A stretch of DNA of 64,000 nt from the human T2T-CHM13v2.0 reference genome, Homo sapiens: assembly GCF_009914755.1 (NCBI RefSeq), contig NC_060928.1; one strand, given 5' to 3'. Below, in pieces: positions 51,750-64,000 of this stretch (positions are counted from its first letter, which is position 1; every line of letters begins with the position of its first letter). Below the pieces are notes generated by a model that did not search any database, was not told where the DNA came from, and worked only from the letters and a program-made list of their open reading frames with translations. A program made the translations under genes and the position numbers.

Positions 51750-52960
51750 CCTGAGAAAAAAATGCTAACGGAAAAGTAAGTTGTAATAACTCTTCAAACT
51801 TAAATTACCTGTAACAAGTATTTGAGATTTAAAAAAAAAAACTCAAAAAGTCTAAATTAAATATTTAAAACGTAAAACCAGAATGGACAAAAATGGATAA
51901 ATAAAATTAGAGAAAAAATTAGAAATTAAAAAAATAAATGAAAAAGAAGGAAAAAGAAACAAAAGGAAATATTAACAAAACTAATAACAGTCATAAAGAC
52001 TAAAGGAAAATCTGCTAGAGGAATAATAGATGTTATTAAAAATATAATGAGAGAAATGGAAGGAAATGAGGAAAACAACCAAGATATAATGAGAATATAA
52101 TACAGCAATAAAAAGAGTTAGAGAGTAATTGATTGAAATGAAAGACAAAGTTATTTACATATCATTGCACTTTCTGAAGCATAAAATAAAACCATAGCAC
52201 TTTCTGAACATACGATAATATTTGAATCTACCTATATGTATTCCTACAGATTCAAATGTATACATATTTGTTCAAAAGGGAACTAGTAAAAATTGACTTA
52301 CAATGATCAACCCCATGATATATTCTAAGAAAACAATTAATTATTAAGAAGGAATAAATACACAGTGCCTCCAGGAAGAAAGATTAAATGATTTACACAT
52401 GTATTAGAATTAGGTTGGCATCAGGATTCTCAAAAACAACACATAAAGAAAATAAAACAGAGCTACAGCAAGAACTTTTTTTTTTTTTTTTTTTGAGATG
52501 AATCTCACTCTGTCACCTAGGCTAGGGTGCAATGGTGCAATCTTGGCTCACTTGGTTCAAGTGATTTTCCTGCATCAGCCTCCCGGGTAGCTGGGACTAC
52601 AGGTGCACGCCACCACGCTCGACTAATTTTTGTATTTTTAGTAGAGACAGGGTTTCACCATATTGGCCAGGCTGGTCTTGAACTCCTGACCTTGTGATCC
52701 ACCTGCCTTGGCCTCCCAAAGTGCTGGGATTAAAAGTCATGAGCCACTGCGCCTGGCTGGCAAGAACATTTTAACCTAGGTATTATAGCCAGTAAAACTG
52801 TTCTTCCTTCATTGAGACTATAGATATGGTTTTAAATACCAAGAGTTTAGGATATTTTACATCTATGAACCATTCATTAATATCTACTATGAGAAGAACC
52901 TCCTTCAAACAAGTGGATAACTAGGGAAACTACAACAGAATGACTAATAAAACTAAATAA
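51750..52960 (+). mobile_element. Old L1M/HAL1 ORF1-like region
   Basis: A-rich coiled-coil-like sequence; aattaggttggcatcaggattctcaaaaacaac...ttaacctaggtattatagccagtaaaactgttcttc. Confidence 0.55.
52476..52758 (-). mobile_element. Alu (AluS-like) with ~16-bp internal deletion
   Basis: TSD gcaagaac at 52468-52475 and 52760-52767; ggctcact joined directly to tggttcaag. Confidence 0.94.
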
Positions 52961-53290
52961 AATCCACAAGTGACAGGGGAACTAAAATGGACTACAAAAT
53001 AAAACAAATGAATTACAATATTTCAATGTAAAAACATAACCACACTGAAGAGGAACAGAAAGAACTGTATCAGTTAACTCATGAACACAGTTTTTGGAAG
53101 CTATGGATCAAGGATAGAGAATAAATAATCTTTACACAAATATTGAGCCATAGTTAGAAGTCTTCTTTTTTGCCAAGGCATAGATCGACAATTCTGAACT
53201 AATTTTTGTGCATTTTAGACCTTAGCACATTAATAAATATGTTGTGGATGATAGATGTAAAGTTTCCACTGTCAGAAAATGGATTACAAA

Positions 53291-53826
53291 TGTGAAAGTC
53301 ATCCAGATAACATGGTAAAATGGAGCCTGGAAAGGCTATAAAGAGAGTGCTCTAATATATGATTTGCCTGGTAACAAAAACTATCAAAATAATTTTTTTT
53401 TTTTCAAATCACAGCTTACTACATGAGTCACACAAGGACAGCTAGTAGCAGCAGGACAGCCAGCTACTTATACAAGAACACTTGCCTGACATATTGTCTT
53501 TCAAACCCAGTCCAAAACTGCAAGGGCCTAATCCTAATTCCAAGATTACAAATTCTACCTAGAACAAGTTCTACCTACTGACAGGCACCAATCAGAGCTC
53601 GTCCAATCTTGTAAGATGCAGCCAGTGCCAATAAACTTTTTTGGCAACTTTCTTTCAAATCCACTCTTCTTTCCCTAGTAAAACCTAACTTTTTCTTTTA
53701 TTCTCCAGACACATTGGAGGCCACTTGCTCTGTATGTATATCCCAAATAACAATCCTATTTCTTGTATATTATTCCCAAAGAAAACATTTTTACTTAGAG
53801 ATTCATATTCATTTTTTATGCTGACA
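53291..53826 (+). mobile_element. ERV1 solo LTR (MER39-like) inserted in L1MC
   Basis: tgtgaaagtcatccagataacatgg...gcctggtaacaaaaactatca...caccaatcagagctc...tatgctgaca. Confidence 0.75.
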
Positions 53827-54960
53827 AAAATATGGAAGGAGAAAAAAGAAACTGTCGTATTTAAATGGAATTTAAAAACTCTGCTTGAATTCACCTTATG
53901 ATTTTAAGATATGGAGAGATAAACACATATATAATATGCATTTGTGTATATAAATATGTGTATATCTGTACACATGCAGAAGGATATGTGTATACACATC
54001 TATATACATGCACATATACAAATATGTACATCAACTCCCTGGCTTGTTCACTGGAAAGTTCCTAAAGGGAATGGCACCCAAACAGGAAGGAGCACAGATG
54101 GGACCCAAATAAAGCTCTCACTTTTCTGGCAGAAACCTGAAAATAAGGAAGTACTCAAGCAATGAATGAAAAATGTCAGTAGAGCAAAAAGGCCAGCTTG
54201 AAGGAGATCTACCATCGAAATCTGAAACAATGTGAGCAACAAAATAAATAACAACATTAAAAGACAAAGCATCTCTTTAGAAAGAATCCAAAAGCCTGCA
54301 TTGTTATAAATAAATAATTAAATAAATAGAAAAGAAGGACAAATTTACATTAGAATTTCACCAAATACATTTAAAAGAAGTTATTAAATTAGGAACCATC
54401 ATTTTGCAACTATCAAACTTATGGATGGATGCTACACTGGTACGTAAATACTTGAAGAATCATAAGAACTATTTCTCCAGAAGATATTGGATGATAAATG
54501 AAAGATACTGGATGACAAAAGAAAAAATATGATTAGGAAAAATGGCTGATCCTACCTTAACAAAATGAATAAATTTAGTGGGATAATTTAGCTAGATAAC
54601 AATTTTATAATCATAAAAATAGAAACGATAAATGGATGCTAAAATGTTGGGGTAAAAAAGTTAAGGAGTAATAGGATATGGAGATAATCTCAAAGTATAC
54701 TCCTGTAAGAAACTTTTTAAATACATAGGGAAATGTGGTAGCTTTACAATGGAGAAATCTTGTAGATTCCACATTAATAAGGTGATCAAAGTTCATATCA
54801 TTAACAAAAAAACAAATTAATCTCATGTGACCACCTGAATATACATTTAAAAGAGCGAAATATCACTTCTGTGTTATTCCTACCAAATGTGCATATCCCA
54901 AATCTAACCTTATGAAATGATCAAAGAAGCACAACATAACTGGCCTGTACTCTTCACCCA
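53827..54960 (+). mobile_element. L1MC-type 3'UTR fragments
   Basis: tttacaatggagaaatct...aaggtgatcaaagttcatatca...atatcacttctgtgttattcctaccaaa. Confidence 0.65.
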
Positions 54961-55129
54961 TTAAATACCAGATAGCATTCTTAAAACTGCAGGTTTAGTA
55001 ATGGAGAAAGAAAAGCAAAAGGAAATTTGAAATCTAGCAAATGTATTACTTTCATAAAGTTTTGTTCTGGTTATAGATAGTAAAATTAATAAATCAACGT
55101 GAGCATAGCAGGTAACCGTGAAAAAGTTG

Positions 55130-56030
55130 CTTTGATATGACATGACTGGGTAGGGGTTATAATTTATGATTGGATAATCAAGAAAGTTTTCCCTGAGGAG
55201 GTGGAAGCTGACACTTTACAATTAGAAAAACAGGTGGGAATATCTGGATGATAAGCATTTAGACTGAGGTAGCACCAGGTGCATTGACTTGAAAGAAGGA
55301 ACAAACAGTTTGGCATCCGGGCAACAAAAAACATCTATAGATAGCTAGTTGGAACTACAATAAGCAAAAAGAAAAAGAAATAAGTTGGAGAGGGAAAGAG
55401 AGGGGCTCTCAAATAATATTGTACACACCAGATTAAGAAAATTGGATTTGAACCCTAGGTATTCATTTAGAATATGAAGCTAGTAGTGCCCTAATAGGAT
55501 TAAAAGATTACTGTGTCTTCTGAAGAAAAAACAGAAACCGGAGCAGGGGAGTAAGGGAGTGGGAGTGAGGTGTCAGGTGTCGCTGTGGGGGTTGAAACAA
55601 ACAAACCAGGCTAGGTGGCTCAAGCCTGTAATCCCAGCACTTTGGGAGTCCAAGGTGGGCAGATCACAAGGCCAGGAGTTTGAGACTAGTCTGACCAACA
55701 TGGTGAAACCCCCGTCTCTACTAAAAATACAAAACTTAGCTGGGCGGGCTGATGCGTGCTTGTAATCCCAGCTACTCAGGAGGCTGAGGCAGGAGAATCG
55801 CTTGAACCCAGGAGACGGAGGTTGCAGTGAGCTGAGATCACGCTGCTGCACTCCAGCCTGGGTGACAGAGCAAGACTCCGTCTCAAAAAAAAAAAAAAAA
55901 AAAAGAAACCAGAAAGCACAGCTAGCTGTTAGTTTATGGCAATGGTGCAGGCTCAAGTGAGTCAGGTGAGGTGCATCGCAATAGAGATGGAGACAAGTGT
56001 GGAGATTTCAGAAAGATTTTAGGGGTTAAG
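55130..56030 (+). mobile_element. L2 fragments flanking an Alu
   Basis: aagaaagttttccctgaggaggtgg...taaaagattactgtgtct...agagatggagacaagtg. Confidence 0.5.
55609..55904 (+). mobile_element. Alu (AluS-like)
   Basis: Dimer with poly(A) tail; TSD aaaccag. Confidence 0.95.
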
Positions 56031-57249
56031 AGGCAATTTCAAAGACATTTTTTCATTTAAAACTTGTACAAGTACATTTAAAAGATCTTCAAACATTGTT
56101 GTAATACTTAAGGATAGAATAACTGTTATTGTTAGAAGTATTCAGAGAATGCATATGTTTCATAATGTCTTTCGATTATTAATAAATAATTTTATCACTC
56201 ACATGTTGTACTGCCAAATTTAGTGATTCTAAGTTGTCGTCAATAAGCAGGTGATAAAACAAAAAACAACAGGAGAACCACAGCAATACTCCCTTATGTA
56301 AATCTGTCAAAGCAACCTTTGGCTCTAAGCCCAATGTGAAATCACTATAGTAAATATCAACTACTGAAAAAGTAGGAACTTGGCTGCCAAACTCCAGACC
56401 CCATTATAAATGAAATTGTGAACCCAAGAAGAAGGTATGTTTGGCTTGCACATGTGTTTGTTTATTGTAATGTGAGTCATAAAACATTTGTGCTTATGTT
56501 TTAAACTTTCGCTCTAAGATAGATGCTAAGTCATCTATCTCAGAGTCAAAGTTTGAGAGTGATAGGTATCTTGACTTAGTTGTTTTTGAATCATTCTAGG
56601 TTTTTGTTCATTTAAATGATACATTATTTTCAACATAGCTATTATGATATTGTATGGGGATTGATAGAAGTTGAGACTGTCACTGAATCTATTATAATAG
56701 TTCAGTCTTTGAAGTATCAGAATGTTTTCTTCATAAATTTACCTCTCCTCTAAGTGTTCTGCATACTATGTACTGCTAGATTAAGTGAATAATTTCACTC
56801 ATGTACACATGTACATAACGAAGATATTCATCAGCATCAAATGGAATAGGATAATGTAGAGAAAGGAATTTACAAAACAACTTGCTGATAATACCATTTC
56901 CTTTTGTTCTTTTCATATAGTATAGGTAGCATTATCTTTTACACTTTGAACCTTGGCTAGTTTAAGGTCTTTGATGAGTTGCTAGGAATGAAAAAGTTGA
57001 CATTATGGAAATGGTGTCAGGAAGGAAAGAAGAAAGGAAAGAAAGGAAGCAGGATGATAGAGAGGAGGTTAAAAGGGGTAGAAAGAGCAAGAGAAAGTTT
57101 TCTTCTGAACATCAGATTCAAGTAATCAGTAAGCTGTATAAATTATTTGGAAACTCACTACTTTTTTTCTCACCTGCATACCTATTACTTAATTTCAACT
57201 CACTATCTAGGAAAGACCTCCTGGTATTTTCTATCTTCTCTGCAAATCA

Positions 57250-57780
57250 GCCAGAGATTCTCAGCTGAAATCTTTAAATACCCTGTCTACTTACCTAGGT
57301 TAAATCCAACGTCTTTACATGGCCCTAAAATTTCCACAAAACCTGGCTCTAAATGCCTTTCCTACCTCATCTTCTGTAGCCTCAATATGTTTTACTGCTG
57401 ACAGCACTAAACTCCTTGTAATTCTCAACCACATCAAGCTAGCTCACAGCCTTGGAATTTGGTCTCTTTTTCACCTGAACGACTAGCTGCCAGATACATG
57501 CTTGCCTTACTCCCTCACTCCTTTCAAATTTCTACTTAGGTATCTTAAGAAAAACCATCTGTGATTACCCAGAATACCAGCATACCAGCACAATCACCTC
57601 CACACCATTGTGCTGTAAACACTTATCTTTCTTCATTTTTCAGATGTTTATCACTGACATAATTTATATAATTTCTACATACCCTATATAATTTATATAC
57701 TAGCTGATTGTAAAGCTCCATGAAAGCAGGAGCTCTATTTTATCCATGCCTTTGTCCTAGTAATTTCAAGTACTTGGCTA
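57250..57780 (-). mobile_element. L2 fragment
   Basis: taaatccaacgtctttacatggccc...ctccctcactcctttcaaatttctactt...tgtaaagctccatgaaagcagg. Confidence 0.65.
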
Positions 57781-58141
57781 ATAGTCATCTCTCTCTCTTT
57801 CTCTCTCTCTCTCGCTCTCTTTCATCTCTTTTATGAATTCCAGTGGGTAACTTCTAAAAGAAGCAGCTAATTGGTTAAATTTTTTAAAAAGATATATTCT
57901 GCAAAGAGAAGCAACTGACCTAGTAAGGAACTGACTCATATTAATGATAAAAATTAGTATGTGTGTATATATATATACACATGTACATACACACACAGAC
58001 ATGCATACATAAATATTGTTTCTGTAGTATAAAAAGCAGTACCAGTTTCCATGGCTAACTGTATTATATTTCCTATTATCGACTTCTTGCAAGTTGCCCA
58101 CTTTACCAATTGTCACATACCTTCTTAAAAAGAACTGCTAT

Positions 58142-58477
58142 GGCCGAGTCTGGTGACTCACTCCTGTAATCCCAGCACTTTGGGAGGCAAAGGTGGGAGA
58201 ATTGCTTTAACCCAAGAAATTGAGACCAGCCTGGGAAACATGGTGAGATCCCAACTCTACAAAAAATTTTAAAATTTAGCCAGGTGCAGTGGTGCACACC
58301 TGTGGTCCCAGCTGCTTGGGAAGCTGAGGTGGGAGGATCACTTAAGTCCAGGAATTTGAGGCTACACTGAGCTATGATCACATCCTGCACTCCAGTCTGG
58401 GCGATGGGTGACCTATGGAGACACTTTCTCAAAAAAAACCAAACCAAAACAAACAAAAAACAGCAACAAACATAAAA
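58142..58477 (+). mobile_element. Alu (AluJ-like)
   Basis: gaggtgggaggatcacttaagtccagg; degenerate (AAAC)n tail; flanking aactgc. Confidence 0.92.
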
Positions 58478-59412
58478 ACTGCCGATACTTGAGAAGTCTG
58501 TAATACAATTTCACTGCTTGCAGGCAAAGCCTATTAAGATTTTTCTAATATTTTTAAAGCAAAGCAATATACCATCCATTCTTTTAAGAATTCCAGATAA
58601 AATATATTTTATCTATATGTACTGTAACAACCAATAAGTTGCTAATTAGAAAACTTTAGAATAAGTTTATGTCTTAATTAATTTATCTTCTTATACTAAT
58701 TTTTAAAGAGCTTAATCATCTGTTGTGACTTAGCACAAGATAATACACAATATACAACCCAATGGGCTATATCACATATGACATTTCTCAAGAACTGAGG
58801 CAACAAATAAAACTTTAATTTTAATTTTAAAAGCCACCTCTCTCTTTTTACTAATTAGGATAAACACTTTAAACGGATTTTTTTAGGGTATTTTACTTGC
58901 CTAAGTTGTTTTCAACTTCATATACATTTTTTAAGCATGAGCTTACTTGATATGAATCAGAAACAAGTATTCATTGATAAGTATAAAATAATAAACTAGT
59001 TTTAAATTGGCAAAACAACGTGACTATTGGTCATCAAAAATTAGATATGTTTATAGTGAAGTTGTCATATACTAGATTGACTAGATAAATACATTAAGCA
59101 GAAAAACTTATTCTGGAAATATACATATCTATATTATATATATCTATACATACACGTGTAAACATCACCTTTGAAAATAAATAATGATTTTATTGGATGT
59201 TACCTAGCAAGTCAATTCCACATATAGAACAACTGTATATAATTTTTATTAGATAATGGTAAGGTATGCACTATTAACTAATTAATGTACATATTTGATG
59301 GCTGTTCTTTAGAATGTATCACATTTTTAGGTTTGCTTTAAGACAAAATGATGGTGCAATTGTATAAGAGGCTGATTAACCATGTAAACTTTTAAATAAT
59401 AGATAGGATTTC

Positions 59413-59443
<31 letters not shown>

Positions 59444-59738
59444 ATTTATTTATTTTTTGAGACAGGGTCTCACTTTGTCACCCTGGTTGGAGTGCAGTGG
59501 TGTGATCTCAGCAAACTGAAGTCTGGACCTCCTAGGCTTGAGCAAAATTCCAGCCTCCGCCCCTCAAGTAGCTTAGACTACAGGAGCATGCCAGCACGCT
59601 CAGCTAATCTTTTGTATTTTCATAGAGACGGGTTTCACCATGTTGCCCAGGCTGGTCTCGAACTCCTAAGCTCAAGAAATCCACCTCCTTGGCCTCCCAA
59701 AGTTCTGGGGTTACATGTGGGAGCAACTGCATATGACC
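59413..59738 (-). mobile_element. Alu (AluJ-like)
   Basis: Reverse dimer; TSD aggatttctt at 59405-59414 and 59739-59748. Confidence 0.92.
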
Positions 59739-60378
59739 AGGATTTCTTAAAATCAATTTTTCACAGTGTCAAATGATATTGATCTAGATAGATTAAGGTG
59801 AAACACCAAACAAATATGTAGTGACAAAATCAGTTAATATAAACAATCCAGAAATTTTCCTCCTCATCCATTCTTCCAAACTTCTCCTTATTACTGAGTA
59901 AAATTAATTCCCTATATTAACCAATTATTTTCTTTGCTTAATTTGCATTTTCTCACCTGGCCATACAATCTACTCTGAATATAAAACTTTCACACAAAAA
60001 TAACAATAATTTATTGTTGAAGTATAGTAAATGACACCATATATCTGCATTTTCTGATTTAAGAAATACAAGTCATTTTGACTGTCAAATTGTCCAAAAT
60101 GACTGGTTTGTCTATTCTGTTTATTTGGCTGTAAAAATTTGCCATTTATAATTTATTACTATGATGTTTCTAAAGAAATCTATGAAAATGTTTAACAAAA
60201 TAAATTTTAAAGCTTAACTACATTAATTGCAAAACAATAAGAAAATACCAGGCAATTATTTTTTAAAAGCATATACAATTTAAGCTTACTATTGAATCTT
60301 CTCTAAGAGAGAATTTGCTCCAACTTTATGAGAGAAACAGCACAGATTTCAAGGATTTCCTATAGCTGAAAGCCTACT

Positions 60379-60433
<55 letters not shown>
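60379..60433 (+). repeat. (CA)n microsatellite
   Basis: About 27 CA units with one CG interruption. Confidence 0.95.
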
Positions 60434-60437
<4 letters not shown>

Positions 60438-60579
60438 AGTGCACATTTTGGGCTAGGAAGAAATATACCATTAGGGAAAGAGGGAAGTCAAAATGAACTG
60501 TCCTACTGCAAATCCAAAATCTAGAAGATGACAAAAATAGTTGACTGGTGCTGGGCAAAAGCCTTCAAGCTACAATTCT

Positions 60580-61800
60580 AGTATAAAGTGATCACAGCAT
60601 ATTAGTGTTTTCATGTTCCTGGCAGAAGCAAATCAAACCTTCAGTGGAGAAAAGATTATTCCTTATAAAATTTAAAAAATTCCTGTAAGAATATTTTCAA
60701 GGGCATTGAACATGAAAGAATCAAACATAAGCATGCAAAGGGATTAGGTTCTAAGGTGTTAACCATTAGATATAAACCTTCAAATATTTTAGGCAATAAA
60801 AAAATCCCAGTTATGAGTCATTTATACATATCTAGAATAGTGAATGCTGTTACTAATTAGTTATATTTAAATTCCAGACATTCTGAAGCTGTTTAATAGG
60901 TTTGAAGAAACTAAAGACTAGCTTGAAAATATCTGCAATGATCATAAAACCAAAGAAGTTACTCAGTGGAATTAAAAAAAAGTAATCTATAAGAGCAGAA
61001 TAGAACAAATGTAACTTACAATTCAATAAAGGAGTTTAACAACAGATTAGACACAGCTGGAGAAAGGATTAATGAAGTGAATATGACAGAAAAGGTTATT
61101 CAAAAAGCAGTGCTGAGAGGAAGAAAGATGGAAAACATAAAACAAGATGTTAACATGTAAGACAAAATAAGAAATTCTAAAATACATTTAACCATATTTC
61201 TAGAAGGAAAGGAAAGCAAAATTTGGTTTGCAGTAATATTTGAAGATGACAGAATTTTTCAAAAGTGATGAAAGTGTTTCTGAATGTGTTTACCACAGGC
61301 AGTGAAAGATAGTGGATAACTTAAAAGGCAACAACAACAAAAAAATTAAGCAATGTCAAGTCGTGATTTAAAATCAGTGATTCTGGAAATAGGGCCATCT
61401 AGGTTTGAATCCAGGCTGCAACTTACTAGCTTTGTGTCCTTGGACAAGCAACCACATCATTAAAACTCAAATTCTTCATTTACAAAATGTGGATTAGAGA
61501 GAGTTCACATATATATATATACTATGTTAGTACAATATTTAACATAACACAACAGGTGGTTAAAGATGAGTTTATCGTTTTGAAAAAAGAAACATACCAA
61601 AAATAAGAGAAGTTTTGCAAAGTAGTCATGAACAACAGCAAAAAAGACAAATTAGCTTCAAAGGCAAGGAAGTTAGCTAAACAACCAAAAGAATGGAAAC
61701 CAGTGAAATGATAGCTTCAGTGGGCTGAAGGAACTAACTACCACCAGTATTGTACAGTGCTGTACATAGAGAAACTCTCTTTTGTGAAGAGGTGCAAATT
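60580..61800 (+). mobile_element. Old L1M 5'/ORF1 fragments with an inserted MIR (~61350-61500)
   Basis: tttaacaacagattagacacagctggagaaaggattaatgaa...aatatttgaag; MIR ctaggtttgaatccaggct...ttcttcatttacaaaatg. Confidence 0.6.
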
Positions 61801-62114
61801 AAGGACATGTTTAATATTAGTTGTTATTGTAAATTTAACACTAATTTGCCATATTTAAAACCTAGACATTTTGAGACTGTGAGAGTAAATTTTATTATGT
61901 TACTGTGGCTATATTTGATTATAAACTTAATAATTTTATAATATAAGCTAATAGTTATATAGTTTTAAAACTTTTGTTTCACCCAGAAATATGTCTTTTA
62001 GAAATATGAATGAACATATAAAATATGGCCTCCAAATATATCTTCTTAAACCATACCTAATCTCCAACTAAAGACAGTAACAAAGTCAGACTTCCATCTA
62101 ACATGATATAACTA

Positions 62115-62378
62115 TAGTCACTCCTTCATGTACATGGGACATTAGTTCCAGGAACCCCTGCAGATATCAAAACCCACCCATAATCAAGTCCCATAGTTGG
62201 CCCTGCAGAACTCAGGGATAGGAAAAGTTTTGCATACCATAAATAACTGCATTTTTAATCTGCATTTGGTTACAGATGAGAAACTTATAATGAAGGGCGC
62301 ACTGTATTTATTGAAAAAAGTCTGCATATAGTAAGTGAACCCACACAGTTCAAACCCTTGTTGTTCAATGGACAACTG
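62115..62378 (+). mobile_element. TcMar-Tigger MITE (MER2B/MER8-like)
   Basis: TA-flanked tagtc...ttccaggaacccc...ttcaaacccttgttgttcaatggacaactg. Confidence 0.8.
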
Positions 62379-62589
62379 TACACACAATGGCAAATATTCT
62401 AACCCTTTTCCCAGAAGAGGATACAAGGTCCTTGGGTGATGTTCACTCTTATTTAATATTCTGTAAATCAAATACTGCTATATAAATTTATTATTAACCT
62501 TATGTTAGATGGTAAGGGTATAAGAGAAGGAAGAGAGCAAAAATTTAGTGTGTGTGTGTCTCACACACAAACTCCTAACAAACAAGAAA

Positions 62590-64000
62590 TACCTGTAACT
62601 ATTACAGATCTTCAGTGCTCATATCTGCAGCTGGTAACATGGTCATAATACCTTCTCCCATCACTTGTCTGTATTCCTTTTGCCCTGAGCAAGTACTTAA
62701 GCTAGTTGTGGTACTTGTCCAAGTGGAGCGACCCAAATCTTAATTCTTAAACGATCTGGAGTAACAGCAGTCCTTTCTGAAATCAGTTTTTATATTTTCC
62801 ATTGACTTTTATCACAGTACATGGTAGGACTACTAAGAGATACTGTATGGGATCTGCTATATTCCAAACATACTTTTTCTTACCTTCACTGTGTAGTCGA
62901 AATCAAATTTTATATTGTTAATCAGAATCAATTACCTTGGCCTGTACACTAACCGCATTTTCTTTTTTCTCTCAATTCAGATGCATGGGAAGCTCAAAGT
63001 GGCCAGATGAGAGTTTCAACTTCCAGTTCAATGGACTCATTGTGGTGATTCATGGTGATACCTAATTCTTGATGGAAGTTTTCTTTTCTTTTGAAGTAAG
63101 ACCTCTAGGCCAACAGAGTCTAAGGTCAAAAGGACAGGAAGCAAAAAATGTTTATATTACATTACTAGGGAAAACAGTGAGGGGAGCCACTCCTATCTCC
63201 CCACTTTGATTCCTGAACTAATTATTTTGTAGAAGAAATAGTACCATATAGTGGATGATGATATAGAGTAACCTGCAGGACAGTGTTTCAGTTGTGCAAG
63301 GTATTGTTACCACCAAGTGCTATAAGTGAGACTTCAAAATGCCAGTTCACCCTTAATACAGATAGATACATCAGGAGGAGAGAACATGGTCAGACCAGTG
63401 AATTCCATGTTAATGGGCCCAAAGCCACATATCATATGATGTGAACCAAATTACTTGATTAGAAACAATAATATGTAGAATACTATGATGGTAGATAAAG
63501 CATTCACTAAGCCCATGGATGATACTTTTGGCATAAGTCCATATTTGAAGTATCTATTCCAGTAAACAAAGTGTTGCTTTTTCCCTGAGAGAAAGAGCTC
63601 TATCTAATCAACTTGCAACTAGGTCGCTGGCTGATCACCTCAGGAAATGGAGCCATATCAGGCATCCATTGTCGTTCTCCACTGCTGGCAGATTGGGCAA
63701 TCAGCAGAGCTATAGACAGTTCAGGTTTGGTAACTTGAGGTCCAGGTTGTTGAACCTATGCAAAACCTCCATTCATGCCATCATGATTACCTTTTTCATA
63801 AACCCAAAGAACAATGACAGGAGTGGATGGGGAAAGAGGTTGACTGATATCCATAGACTGAGTCATACTATCCTAGATTATTAAAAATCATCTGCTAAAG
63901 TCATCATTTGGGATACAAATATAATTTGCCCATTTAGAAAAGTCTTTCCACATACCTCTTCCCTAGACTTGCTTATCATCAATTTCACAGTTGTGTTCAT
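62590..64000 (-). mobile_element. ERVL/MaLR internal region (decayed integrase and dUTPase-like remnant), runs off the window
   Basis: Reverse strand near 63680-63710 encodes ADCPICQQ (integrase CxxC); caacttccagttcaatgg...taagacctctaggcc resembles ERVL. Confidence 0.75.

Noticed and set aside
60071-60104. Small hairpin agtcattttg...caaaatgact
   Set aside because: Arms are only 10 bp and there is no reference state to show a templated origin

Overview
This is AT-rich hominoid (human or great-ape) nuclear DNA made almost entirely of interspersed repeats. I see no cellular exon, RNA gene or CRISPR array, and every long ORF is LINE-1 or Alu derived. Main contents: (1) a full-length but dead L1PA4/5-like LINE-1 at 1567-7661; (2) two 5'-inverted (twin-primed) L1s, one L1PA7-like at 9358-11563 and one L1PA2-like at 27717-29891, the latter nested in a MER61-like LTR that is nested in a MaLR LTR; (3) two independent HERV-H solo LTR7s 2.8 kb apart; (4) MER50, MER39, MER67, MLT and MST LTRs, an ERVL/MaLR internal fragment, nine Alu/FLAM elements, and old L1M, L2, MIR and DNA-transposon fossils. 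I found no new gene system. The notable signals are DNA-repair and recombination footprints: shared non-consensus variants between two L1s 22 kb apart (apparent interlocus gene conversion), a ~99-bp-arm fold-back palindrome, a quasi-palindrome template-switch mutation in L1 ORF1, and two locally templated insertions. Repeat subfamily names and consensus comparisons come from memory and need RepeatMasker/Dfam confirmation.
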